64,000 nt of DNA from an uncultured Bacteroidales bacterium (lineage in GTDB: Bacteria > Bacteroidota > Bacteroidia > Bacteroidales > Muribaculaceae): contig CAMWNF010000001.1 in NCBI GenBank assembly GCA_947175535.1, positions 870 through 64,869 on the forward strand. The letters are read 5' to 3'. Shown piece by piece: positions 35,576 through 44,274 of the stretch (its first letter is position 1; every line of letters starts with the position of its first letter). The notes beneath the pieces were generated by a model that was given only the letters and a program-made list of their open reading frames with translations, was not told the DNA's origin and ran no database searches. Made by a program: the position numbers and the translations under genes.

Positions 35576-36930
35576 TCTGCGAGGTCGCAGATGAGGGTGG
35601 CGGAGGTGGCGTCGATGACTTTCACTTTTACAGTGTCGCCGATGCGGAAGTCGCCGCGAGGGAAGACACAGGTCTTATTCTGCTGATTACGACCGACGCG
35701 CTGCTCTGCCGAGCGTTTTGCGGCTCCTTCGACAAGGACTTCGAAGGTCTTGCCGATATCGCGACGATTGGACTCCAACGACAGCTCATTCTGCAACGCA
35801 ATCATGCGGTTGAGACGGTCTATCTTGACTTCTTCGGGAATATTGTCAGGCATTGTGCGTGCAGCCAATGTGCCGGGGCGTTCGGAATATTTGAACATGA
35901 ACGAAGAATCGAATCCGACTTCACGCATAAGGCTGAGAGTTTCCTGAAAATCTTCTTCGGTCTCGTCATGAAAACCGGTAAAAAGGTCTGAGGAAATGCC
36001 GCAGTCAGGAATTGCGCGGCGTATGGCGGCGATGCGGTCGAGATACCACTCGCGGGTATATTTACGGTTCATCGCTTTCAGCACGGAATTGCTGCCGGAC
36101 TGAACAGGCAGATGAATGTGGTTGCAAATATTATCGTGAGCGGCAATGACAGCGATGGTTTCGTCACTCATATCCTTGGGATGCGATGTCGTGAAGCGTA
36201 CACGCATGTCAGGAGCGGCTTCAGCTACCATGGAGAGAAGCTTTCCAAAGTCGATAACATCGCCTTCAGTAGTTTCATAGCGATAGCTGTTGACATTCTG
36301 ACCGAGCAGAGTCACTTCCTTGAAGCCTTTAGCCCGAAGGTCGGCAAGTTCACGCAAGATGCTTTCAGCAGGTCGGCTGCGTTCGCGACCACGGGTGTAA
36401 GGCACGATGCAATAGCTGCAGAAGTTGTTGCAACCGCGCATGATGCTGATGAAACCACTGACAGTGTTTCCGCCGATACGTGCCGGAATGACTTCACGGT
36501 AGGTTTCGGTTGTGCTGAGGTCAACGTTAATTGCCTTCTTCCCTGCCTCGGCTGCTGCAAACAGCGCAGGAAGGTCGAGATATGCATCGGGACCGGCAAC
36601 GATATCGACCCCGTATTCGTCAAGCAACTTGTCGCGCACACGTTCAGCCATGCAACCTATTACACCGACAATAAGACGTCCGGATTTCTTACGGCGAAGT
36701 GAAGCGAGATATTGCAGTCGACTGACTATCTTTTGCTCGGCATTGTCACGGATAGAGCATGTATTCAGCAGAATAGCATCTGCCTGAGAGATATCGTCAG
36801 TTAGTGAATATCCTGCCATACCCATTATGGATGCGACGACTTCGGAGTCGGCGACATTCATCTGGCAACCGTAAGTTTCAATGAATAGGAGTTTGTCGTT
36901 GGAGAGTATATCGGGGTTGGTGTCAGTCAT
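35572..36930 (-). CDS. miaB: tRNA-i6A37 methylthiotransferase
   Basis: LFIETYGCQMNVADSE and the radical-SAM motif GCNNFCSYCIVPYTRG, plus a C-terminal TRAM region. The ATG is at 36930; the listed start at 37020 is an upstream extension. Confidence 0.9.
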   Translation of the reverse strand: MTDTNPDILSNDKLLFIETYGCQMNVADSEVVASIMGMAGYSLTDDISQADAILLNTCSIRDNAEQKIVSRLQYLASLRRKKSGRLIVGVIGCMAERVRDKLLDEYGVDIVAGPDAYLDLPALFAAAEAGKKAINVDLSTTETYREVIPARIGGNTVSGFISIMRGCNNFCSYCIVPYTRGRERSRPAESILRELADLRAKGFKEVTLLGQNVNSYRYETTEGDVIDFGKLLSMVAEAAPDMRVRFTTSHPKDMSDETIAVIAAHDNICNHIHLPVQSGSNSVLKAMNRKYTREWYLDRIAAIRRAIPDCGISSDLFTGFHDETEEDFQETLSLMREVGFDSSFMFKYSERPGTLAARTMPDNIPEEVKIDRLNRMIALQNELSLESNRRDIGKTFEVLVEGAAKRSAEQRVGRNQQNKTCVFPRGDFRIGDTVKVKVIDATSATLICDLAD

Positions 36931-36978
36931 TTTACACACGTTAATCAAGGAAATATTTGTGCTATTGCACAAGTTTGA

Positions 36979-36998
36979 GTAATTTTGTACAAAATTAC
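36979..36998. promoter_or_regulatory. perfect 20-bp palindrome carrying two opposed -7 boxes
   Basis: GTAATTTTGTACAAAATTAC equals its own reverse complement. TAATTTTG reads on the plus strand at 36980..36987 and on the minus strand at 36990..36997. Confidence 0.55.
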
Positions 36999-37005
36999 AA
37001 AAAAA

Positions 37006-37407
37006 GTGGACAAGGCGCAAGCTCGAATACTAACTCTGGTACTTATCGCCGTGCTGTTCATCGGACAAGCACTCTACGACTTCATAAAAAAGAACCGAAG
37101 CCGCTCAACCAACCGTCCGCGCCAGACAATCAGCAAGCCCCGCCGCCACACTCCCTCTCAGCAGCGGAAATACAGTCAGACAAAAACGCAGCCGAAACTA
37201 CGACCGACCGTCAGCGAGCTTGCCGGACTATCCGCCCTTGAGTCGGAACCCTCACCAACTGAAAAACTAATTCACTCTATAAATCAGGAGCAAGAAACCC
37301 ACGAACCTGACAGCAACGCCGTGTCGCAACAGAGCATGCCTGCTCCGACAGACGACGAGCTGCGGAAAGCCGTAATATGGAGTGAGATACTGAAACGTAA
37401 ATTCTAA
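37006..37407 (+). CDS. small N-terminally membrane-anchored protein with a basic/Pro/Gln-rich low-complexity region
   Basis: TM segment ILTLVLIAVLFIGQALYDFI, then RSRSTNRPRQTISKPRRHTPSQQRK. No ATG is available. A GTG at 37006 is preferred over the TTG at 36985, which lies inside the promoter palindrome. Confidence 0.45.
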   Translation: MDKAQARILTLVLIAVLFIGQALYDFIKKNRSRSTNRPRQTISKPRRHTPSQQRKYSQTKTQPKLRPTVSELAGLSALESEPSPTEKLIHSINQEQETHEPDSNAVSQQSMPAPTDDELRKAVIWSEILKRKF

Positions 37408-37450
37408 TAAAACCTATAAACAACCAATCCTTAAAACTAACTTAAGTATA

Positions 37451-38944
37451 ATGGTATACAATTACATTACTGCTGAAGAAGCTGCCGAAATGATTCCTAA
37501 CGGGTCAACAGTCGGCTTGTCGGGCTTCACAGCTCCCGGCACACCTAAATTTATACCCGAAGCCATCGCCAAACGTGCTGTGAAAGAACACGAAGAAGGC
37601 AAAGAGTATAAAATCAACCTTTTCACAGGAGCTTCTACCTCAGACCGCGCCGACGGCAACCTCTCACGCGCCAACGCAATCAACATGCGCGCTCCCTATC
37701 AGAATGTTCCTGACCTTCGCAAACGCATCAACTGCCATGATTGTCACTACTTCGACCGTCATCTATCAGAAATGGCACAGGAAATGCGTTACGGTTTCTA
37801 CGGAAAAGTTGATTTCGCTATAATCGAAGCAACATCCATTTCACCCGACGGAGAAATCCTGCTCGGTTGCGGTGTCGGCAACGTACCGACCTACGCAGCC
37901 ATGGCTGATAAGATTTTCATCGAGCTTAACGAAGTGCTGCCCGAATCACTTTACGGCATGCACGACGTAATCCTGCTTCAGGACCCTCCCGTCCGCCGCG
38001 AAATACCTATCTATAAAGCCAACGACCGCATCGGTAGTCCCGTTCTGAAAATCGACCCGAACAAGGTTGTCGGTATCGTAAAGACCAAATCATACGACGG
38101 CGTCAAACCGTTCTCCGAACCCGACGAAGTGTCGAAACATATCGGCGCGAATGTCGTGCGCTTCCTTGTCAGCGAATATGTCAACGGTCGCCTTCCCAAG
38201 GAATTCCTTCCCTTACAGTCAGGAGTGGGCAACGTGGCAAACGCAGTGCTCTACGATCTCGGCGAAAGCAAGGAACTTCCCTCATTCATGATGTACACAG
38301 AGGTTATCCAGGATGCCGTACTCGAACTGATGAAGAAAGGTAAATGTACATTCGCAAGTACCTGCTCGATGACATTCTCCGACCACACAGAAGAAAGTCT
38401 CTTCGATGACATCAAATACTTCCACGATAAAATTCTGATGCGCCCGGCTGAAATCTCAAACAATCCTGAAGTCATCCGCCGACTCGGTGTCATCGCCATG
38501 AATACAGCTCTCGAAGCAGATATCTTCGGCAATGTGAACTCAACACACGTGCTCGGAACGAAGATGATGAACGGTATCGGCGGTTCCGGTGACTTCACCC
38601 GCAACGCTTACATCTCAATATTCAGCTGCCCCTCTGTAAGCAAAGGCGGACTTATCAGTAACATCGTCCCGATGGTCGCACACCCTGACCATAGCGAACA
38701 CTCTGTCGACATCCTCGTTACCGACCAGGGTATCGCTGACCTTCGCCACAAAGACCCGGTTGAACGCGCTTACGAAATCATCAACAATTGCGCTCACCCG
38801 ATGTACCGCGAGCTCCTTCTCGACTATCTCAAACTCGGTAAAGGCGGTCAGACGCCTGTCACACTTCAGGCTGCGTTTGAATTCCACTGCGCATTCAACG
38901 AACACGGCGACATGCAGAAAGCCGACTTCGGAAAATACGTTTAA
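37451..38944 (+). CDS. acetyl-CoA hydrolase/transferase family protein (succinate/acetate CoA-transferase type)
   Basis: 497 aa. ITAEEAAEMIPNGSTVGLSGFT ... LQSGVGNVANAV ... NGIGGSGDF are family signatures. Confidence 0.8.
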   Translation: MVYNYITAEEAAEMIPNGSTVGLSGFTAPGTPKFIPEAIAKRAVKEHEEGKEYKINLFTGASTSDRADGNLSRANAINMRAPYQNVPDLRKRINCHDCHYFDRHLSEMAQEMRYGFYGKVDFAIIEATSISPDGEILLGCGVGNVPTYAAMADKIFIELNEVLPESLYGMHDVILLQDPPVRREIPIYKANDRIGSPVLKIDPNKVVGIVKTKSYDGVKPFSEPDEVSKHIGANVVRFLVSEYVNGRLPKEFLPLQSGVGNVANAVLYDLGESKELPSFMMYTEVIQDAVLELMKKGKCTFASTCSMTFSDHTEESLFDDIKYFHDKILMRPAEISNNPEVIRRLGVIAMNTALEADIFGNVNSTHVLGTKMMNGIGGSGDFTRNAYISIFSCPSVSKGGLISNIVPMVAHPDHSEHSVDILVTDQGIADLRHKDPVERAYEIINNCAHPMYRELLLDYLKLGKGGQTPVTLQAAFEFHCAFNEHGDMQKADFGKYV

Positions 38945-38966
38945 TAAAACATGCTATAGTTGCAGT

Positions 38967-38996
38967 AATGCCCGTCAGCAATGGCGGGCATTTTTT
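38967..38996 (+). terminator. rho-independent terminator of the CoA-transferase gene
   Basis: Stem AATGCCCG/CGGGCATT overlapping a following run of six T (TTTTTT). Confidence 0.75.
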
Positions 38997-39348
38997 ACCC
39001 GTGTTGCTGTATAGCGAATATAGGTTCCATAAGAATCTTTTATGTCATAGGCAAAATCGTTTTATAGGGTTGAACAATGTTAATAAAAACCAGTTAAACT
39101 ACCGCTAATATACCCTTGTGAAATAATTTTTACGATGCAAAGTTAGGGAGAGAATCAATATGATTATCTCCTTTTTCGTACCCGTGTCCTTTTTAACACA
39201 GGCAAAGGAAAATTAAAGACGCGCAATACACGATAACACAACCACTTAGACTAAAAAAACACCACATATAAATAAGTGGAAGAGGCGGCTGCGCCATAAA
39301 TGAAGTTTTACGGCGCAGTCTTATTTTGAGGTTACATGCAACGGATGA

Positions 39349-41565
39349 CTACCTTACGTACTCTTTAGTCACTGTCTTCCCACGACGGACAATATATAGA
39401 CCTGCTGATGGATTATCAATTCTAACACCCTGAAGGTTATAATATATAGCCGTTTCGTCGGTCGAATATCCGTCTGCAATTATATCATCAATTTCAGTAG
39501 TTACAAAAACGTTCTGCCAGTTGAGTACCGGATAATCATGGACAATGTCGGTTTTTCCTTCGTTGAAAGCTTCCCATCGCGCGATTTCGTCACGCAATGT
39601 TTTATCCGATACCCCACCCTCTACAGGTGTACCATTAATTTCCATACCATCCCATACCATGACATTGTCCATCGCAGCATCTCCTCCGACACAAATCTGA
39701 TGAGTTTCCGGACCTTCAACCGCGATATTCCAAGCTATGACGTCAGTAAGTCTGACATCGGTCGAACGACGTATAGACACTATGCCCGACGCATGACCGG
39801 CAGCTGAAGTCACAGAACACGCCGCATAACAGTTATTTACCGACAACTGCGCATCACAACGACCGACAAGACCACCGGAATACTCATTGCTGCCGGTCTT
39901 ATCAGAAGTATCGGCATAAGAATAAGAATTAGTAATCGTCAGAGGTCCATTATTACAACCGACAAACGCACCGGATGCTGCCCCACAAATCATGCCTGTC
40001 ACATAACAGTTATCGATTGTAGCATTATTGGCATATCCCGCAATTGCTCCGACGCAATACCATGTATTATAAATATATACATCTTCAAGTCCGAGATTTT
40101 TAACCGAACCGGTAAAATAACCGAGCAGCGAACCATCCTGTTCTGTTTTGGCGGGACGAAGATTTTTAATCACGTGACACCGACCATCAAGATGGACCAC
40201 TGCCTTAGAACCATATTTACAAAGAATCTTCCACGCAACGCCAGACATGTCTATATCATCATCCAGGACAATAAAATTCTCTCCGTCAATCAATTTATCA
40301 GCCAAGTCAACCAAGTCCTGCGCAGACGACACAACAAGCGGGTTGTCCACCGTAGAACCGATTGGGTCGTCTGGTGCTATTACACCGCTACGCTCCGGAT
40401 TAAAATTGAGCATTGCTGCAGACGAACACGCTTTGCGTCCATTGCCTCCGTCGGCATTGGTGCTGTTATAGACATAAATATTCGCCGTACCGTCGTCAAG
40501 CGGTTCTGCAATAATCGAAGAATATCCATATTGAGATGCATAATCAGGATTTTCCCATCTGCCGATTACCTCACCATCCTCCCTAACCACTGCAATATCC
40601 ATCGTGTTGGTATTGGTCGGATTCGCCGAACGAAGATTATTGACAATGAAATAGCGGATACCTTTCAAAACAAAGGTATCAAAGCCACTTGTATATGCAT
40701 TCGCCACCGATTTAAGGGCGGAATTTTCAGCCAGAGCAGTATCAAAAACACCATCATCGTCATATGTGACAAAATCATTTACTCCCGCTCCTGCATTATC
40801 ATACATATAGAACCCGCTGTATGGAAAAGCACGTTTTAGAAACTCCCCGTAATCAGCATCTTTAGGCTGAACAATAGCTAAAGACGTCGAAGCTATATTA
40901 TGTCCGATAGCAGGCGAATGACCGGTGTTTACTATCAGGGAGCCATCGTCAGAATGGCTTATCTTGACAATGCGGACAAATGGAGCCGTCTCTCCAAAAG
41001 AAGACCCGATAAAAAATACAGCTTCTTCAGTAAGGTCACCGAGTACCCGTCCTACACAATCGATACGCCCTACGCCTGAATAACTCTTATCATCAACCGT
41101 CGATGAATAATCCTCGCTTACAGGAATTTCAAAAGTTTCTATTTTTCCTGTAGCGGGATTATAGACAGACCAGACCGTACTACTTTGAGGTGATTTAGTA
41201 AAATAATGTCCAATAAGAAAATTGCCATGTCTATCTGATGAAATCGCTGTACCATAATAGTCCCCTGCTACCTCCGGCTCCGGCAAGCGGTACAAATCAC
41301 GCCAGCCTGCACCTGTGATTTCGGCGATGCTCATGGTCTTCATATTTATTGTATAGATTTTTCCGTCATAAGCGGTCGCAAAGCGCGCACATGATTCAGA
41401 TTTTACGGCAGAGTTGTTGTTCCAGTCCGGCGAATTTTTATCCCAATCTGCATTAAGGTCAGTAGTCGTATATTTCCATATTTCCTGTATATTGCTTTCA
41501 GCCTTGACGCTCACAGCAGACACGCCGAATAACAATAAAACCGACGCCATTAATATTTTTTTCAT
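39349..41565 (-). CDS. GLUG-motif cell-surface protein with T9SS C-terminal sorting domain (738 aa)
   Basis: Signal peptide MKKILMASVLLLFGVSAVSVKA, starting at the ATG at 41565. GLUG units GAIAGYA, SGAFVGCN, GGLVGRCD and SGIVSI. Tail IYYNLQGVRIDNPSAGLYIVRRGKTVTKEYVR. Paralog of 2..1564. Confidence 0.75.
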   Translation of the reverse strand: MKKILMASVLLLFGVSAVSVKAESNIQEIWKYTTTDLNADWDKNSPDWNNNSAVKSESCARFATAYDGKIYTINMKTMSIAEITGAGWRDLYRLPEPEVAGDYYGTAISSDRHGNFLIGHYFTKSPQSSTVWSVYNPATGKIETFEIPVSEDYSSTVDDKSYSGVGRIDCVGRVLGDLTEEAVFFIGSSFGETAPFVRIVKISHSDDGSLIVNTGHSPAIGHNIASTSLAIVQPKDADYGEFLKRAFPYSGFYMYDNAGAGVNDFVTYDDDGVFDTALAENSALKSVANAYTSGFDTFVLKGIRYFIVNNLRSANPTNTNTMDIAVVREDGEVIGRWENPDYASQYGYSSIIAEPLDDGTANIYVYNSTNADGGNGRKACSSAAMLNFNPERSGVIAPDDPIGSTVDNPLVVSSAQDLVDLADKLIDGENFIVLDDDIDMSGVAWKILCKYGSKAVVHLDGRCHVIKNLRPAKTEQDGSLLGYFTGSVKNLGLEDVYIYNTWYCVGAIAGYANNATIDNCYVTGMICGAASGAFVGCNNGPLTITNSYSYADTSDKTGSNEYSGGLVGRCDAQLSVNNCYAACSVTSAAGHASGIVSIRRSTDVRLTDVIAWNIAVEGPETHQICVGGDAAMDNVMVWDGMEINGTPVEGGVSDKTLRDEIARWEAFNEGKTDIVHDYPVLNWQNVFVTTEIDDIIADGYSTDETAIYYNLQGVRIDNPSAGLYIVRRGKTVTKEYVR

Positions 41566-41592
41566 AATAATCAAATATATCAGATGGTTATC

Positions 41593-42786
41593 TTATTTCA
41601 CATAAAGCCTTAACGAATGACCTTTCATGTCAGAGACAAGGTAGACGCCAGGAGCACACTCAAAGACACCGGAACCAACATGGACCAAACGCCCATCGGG
41701 TGTGTAACAGCGTGCATCCGTGGCCGAATTGAAAATAGAAATACAGCCATCTCCGGCTTCGGCAAACACAATTTCTTCCTGTTCTACAGGGATTTCATCC
41801 AGACCGGATACCTGCATCATCTCACCTTTGGTTGAAAGGTGCATAATGACAGGTTCACCATTTATATACGCACCGTAATCGAACGTCAGATTGTCGGTCT
41901 TCAGTCGACAATTATCGCGCACAGGTTCCTTGAACCATGAATACACGCCATGCCATTTCGATGCATCTCCGTCTTTGACAGCGTAGTTACCGATAACTTT
42001 GTGATAAGATTTACCCCAGCTATTACCGATAAAAACGACGTCGCCCGGACGCACCCAATCTCTATTTCCAATTCCTTCACGAGTCAGATAAACTGCCTGA
42101 TAGCCATTATCGCCATGCTCGATAAAAGTACAGAAATTCGGTGCAGAGGCTTTTGTGAATTCTATCTCTTCTCCCTCAGAAACCGCTATCACAGGAGTCC
42201 ACACACGACATTTTCCACCGGGAGTGAGCATTTCCTTTTCATCGACGAAAACCGATTGCATCGGATAATATCGGTCTATGACAATAACTTCCGGATGACA
42301 ATAACGATGCTCTCCGTGTATCTCAATACTGTTTCCGGAAATACTATATGAAATCAATTCCGTGCAGAATTTCTTATTATCATAAAAGAATATATCATTC
42401 TCAACCTCAACAGTAAGTACCTTTCCAAAATATGAGTCCGAACCGGCAGCAATCGGTTGTCCGTCTACCGCTACATCTACCTTAACGGTGTTTGCATTTG
42501 GTTTGCCATCGTTATGATTGCCTCCCATCCACCAGCCGTCAGCGTAAAAACCACCGATGTTATTACTCGACCGGGTATGATTGACTTCAACACCATCAAG
42601 GGATACACTACAAAAAGTGTACAGGCGATTATTTCCGGTCTTTTCGAAAACGACGTCGAGTTTTCCCCATTGAGTTTCCTCAGAATACTCCAACCTGCCG
42701 TTATCATCACCGATATACTTGATTGTGGCAGAATTAGCACTAAGCGTTAGAGTCAATAACGATAGGACAGAAAGAAATTTTTTCAT
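41593..42786 (-). CDS. secreted hypothetical protein with a probable T9SS CTD (397 aa)
   Basis: Signal peptide MKKFLSVLSLLTLTLSANSA. C-terminus ISIFNSATDARCYTPDGRLVHVGSGVFECAPGVYLVSDMKGHSLRLYVK is CTD-like. Lies 27 bp upstream of the GLUG gene. Confidence 0.6.
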   Translation of the reverse strand: MKKFLSVLSLLTLTLSANSATIKYIGDDNGRLEYSEETQWGKLDVVFEKTGNNRLYTFCSVSLDGVEVNHTRSSNNIGGFYADGWWMGGNHNDGKPNANTVKVDVAVDGQPIAAGSDSYFGKVLTVEVENDIFFYDNKKFCTELISYSISGNSIEIHGEHRYCHPEVIVIDRYYPMQSVFVDEKEMLTPGGKCRVWTPVIAVSEGEEIEFTKASAPNFCTFIEHGDNGYQAVYLTREGIGNRDWVRPGDVVFIGNSWGKSYHKVIGNYAVKDGDASKWHGVYSWFKEPVRDNCRLKTDNLTFDYGAYINGEPVIMHLSTKGEMMQVSGLDEIPVEQEEIVFAEAGDGCISIFNSATDARCYTPDGRLVHVGSGVFECAPGVYLVSDMKGHSLRLYVK

Positions 42787-42813
42787 GGAAAAGAATTTGA
42801 TATTATAGTATTA

Positions 42814-42821
42814 CAAAGATA
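42814..42821 (-). promoter_or_regulatory. -7 promoter box for the 397-aa/GLUG operon
   Basis: TATCTTTG on the minus strand, 28 nt upstream of the ATG at 42786. Confidence 0.5.
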
Positions 42822-42883
42822 ACACATTTTCCACCAAAAGGAGCCGTTAATCGTACTAAAATGCTCCTCAAAAATTGTCTTAC

Positions 42884-42915
42884 AAAAAACGGGCGCGCCC
42901 TATTGGACACGCCCG
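42884..42915 (-). terminator. rho-independent terminator of the OmpA-family gene
   Basis: On the minus strand: CGGGCG ... CGCCCG stem followed by TTTTTTG. Confidence 0.65.
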
Positions 42916-42941
42916 CCATTCAAACTATCTTAGTTAAAAGA

Positions 42942-44135
42942 TTATTTTGTTTCTTCGATAGTAACGGCGCGATCGAGAGCGACGAATTTTTCGCCGAGGT
43001 CGCAGAGGTTACCATTGTTGGTAGTTGCAGTAATCTGAGAAGCGGGAACGCCGTTCTTCTTGAGTTCTTTTTCAACACCAGCTACACGGTTTTTACGGAG
43101 ACGGATGTTAATCTGCTCAGTACCGGTGTAGTTATCAGCCCAACCTGTAAGAGTGTAGTGCTGGTTGGGGTTAGACTTCATCACGTTAGCGATAGCACCG
43201 AGGACGTTGCGATCTTCGCGAGTCAGACGAGAAACACCGATGGGATAGTAGATAGTAGCAACCGGACCTTTTTCAACTGTCTTTTCAACAGGACGGTTGA
43301 GGCAGTCTTTGAGCTGTTTTTCGAGATCGGCGATACGAGCGTCAGCAGCAGCGAGACGAGCGCGGAGTGCGTCGCAGTTTTCGGGTTCGGGGCAGATGGG
43401 CACAACGGGTGCAGACCATGCAGTGTTGTTGAAGTTGTAAGTAAGACCGAGGTAAGCCTGAACGTCGTGAGTCTTAACGTTGTTTGAGAGGGCAACTTCA
43501 CCGAGACCTGCGAGTGCAGTGTAACGGAGGTCGAGGCTAAGAGCGAAGTGCTTGTTGAGACGGAACGAGTTGATAAGACCTGCGCGGAAGTTAAAGAGTT
43601 TAGCGTCTGCGTTAGCCCAATCGTGGTCGTTGCTGCCGTCATACTTACGAGCGATTGACCAGTAAACACCACCACCTACATAAAGAGTAGCGTTGTAAAC
43701 ACGGTTAGCTTTGTAGCCACACCACCAGTTGGTAAGGTTCAACATAACGTCACCTACGGGACCAACTTCGATACCTTTCTGGTCGAAGTATTTACCTACA
43801 TGTGAAGGACGAGCACCAAGAGCTGAAGTTGATTCAGAAACTGCCTTGAATGTAAGAGCGTTTACACCAAGACGAAGACCGAGCACGGGAGAGAACCATT
43901 TACCGAAGTAGATAGAACCGGCGGGTGCGATACGGTTTTTAAACTTGAGCTCGCTGTCATGTTTTGACAAGAGGACACCAGCACCACCTTCAACTGTGAT
44001 AAACCAGTTATCCTGGAAGCGATTGAAGAGGTAGCCCTGAGTTTCATCAGGCACGAAGATAACCTCTTCCTGAGCTACGAGCGACTGTCCGAATCCGAGG
44101 ACACAAGCAAGAGCTAAAAGTAAGGCTTTTTTCAT
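42942..44135 (-). CDS. OmpA-family outer-membrane protein (N-terminal beta-barrel plus C-terminal OmpA domain)
   Basis: Signal peptide MKKALLLALACVLGFGQSLVAQ. Coiled linker ARLAAADARIADLEKQL. OmpA-like TLTGWADNYTGTEQINIRLRKNRVAGVEKEL. Confidence 0.8.
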   Translation of the reverse strand: MKKALLLALACVLGFGQSLVAQEEVIFVPDETQGYLFNRFQDNWFITVEGGAGVLLSKHDSELKFKNRIAPAGSIYFGKWFSPVLGLRLGVNALTFKAVSESTSALGARPSHVGKYFDQKGIEVGPVGDVMLNLTNWWCGYKANRVYNATLYVGGGVYWSIARKYDGSNDHDWANADAKLFNFRAGLINSFRLNKHFALSLDLRYTALAGLGEVALSNNVKTHDVQAYLGLTYNFNNTAWSAPVVPICPEPENCDALRARLAAADARIADLEKQLKDCLNRPVEKTVEKGPVATIYYPIGVSRLTREDRNVLGAIANVMKSNPNQHYTLTGWADNYTGTEQINIRLRKNRVAGVEKELKKNGVPASQITATTNNGNLCDLGEKFVALDRAVTIEETK

Positions 44136-44274
44136 AGAAGCTGTTGTTTTATAATAGATTGAATGTTAATAATAGAGTCTATGCAATTAAATCAGCCGCT
44201 AAGTTAACACTTTTTTTTTATATAATCATAAAAAATGCGAAAAAAACGGTCAGAACTATATATTATACGTGATT

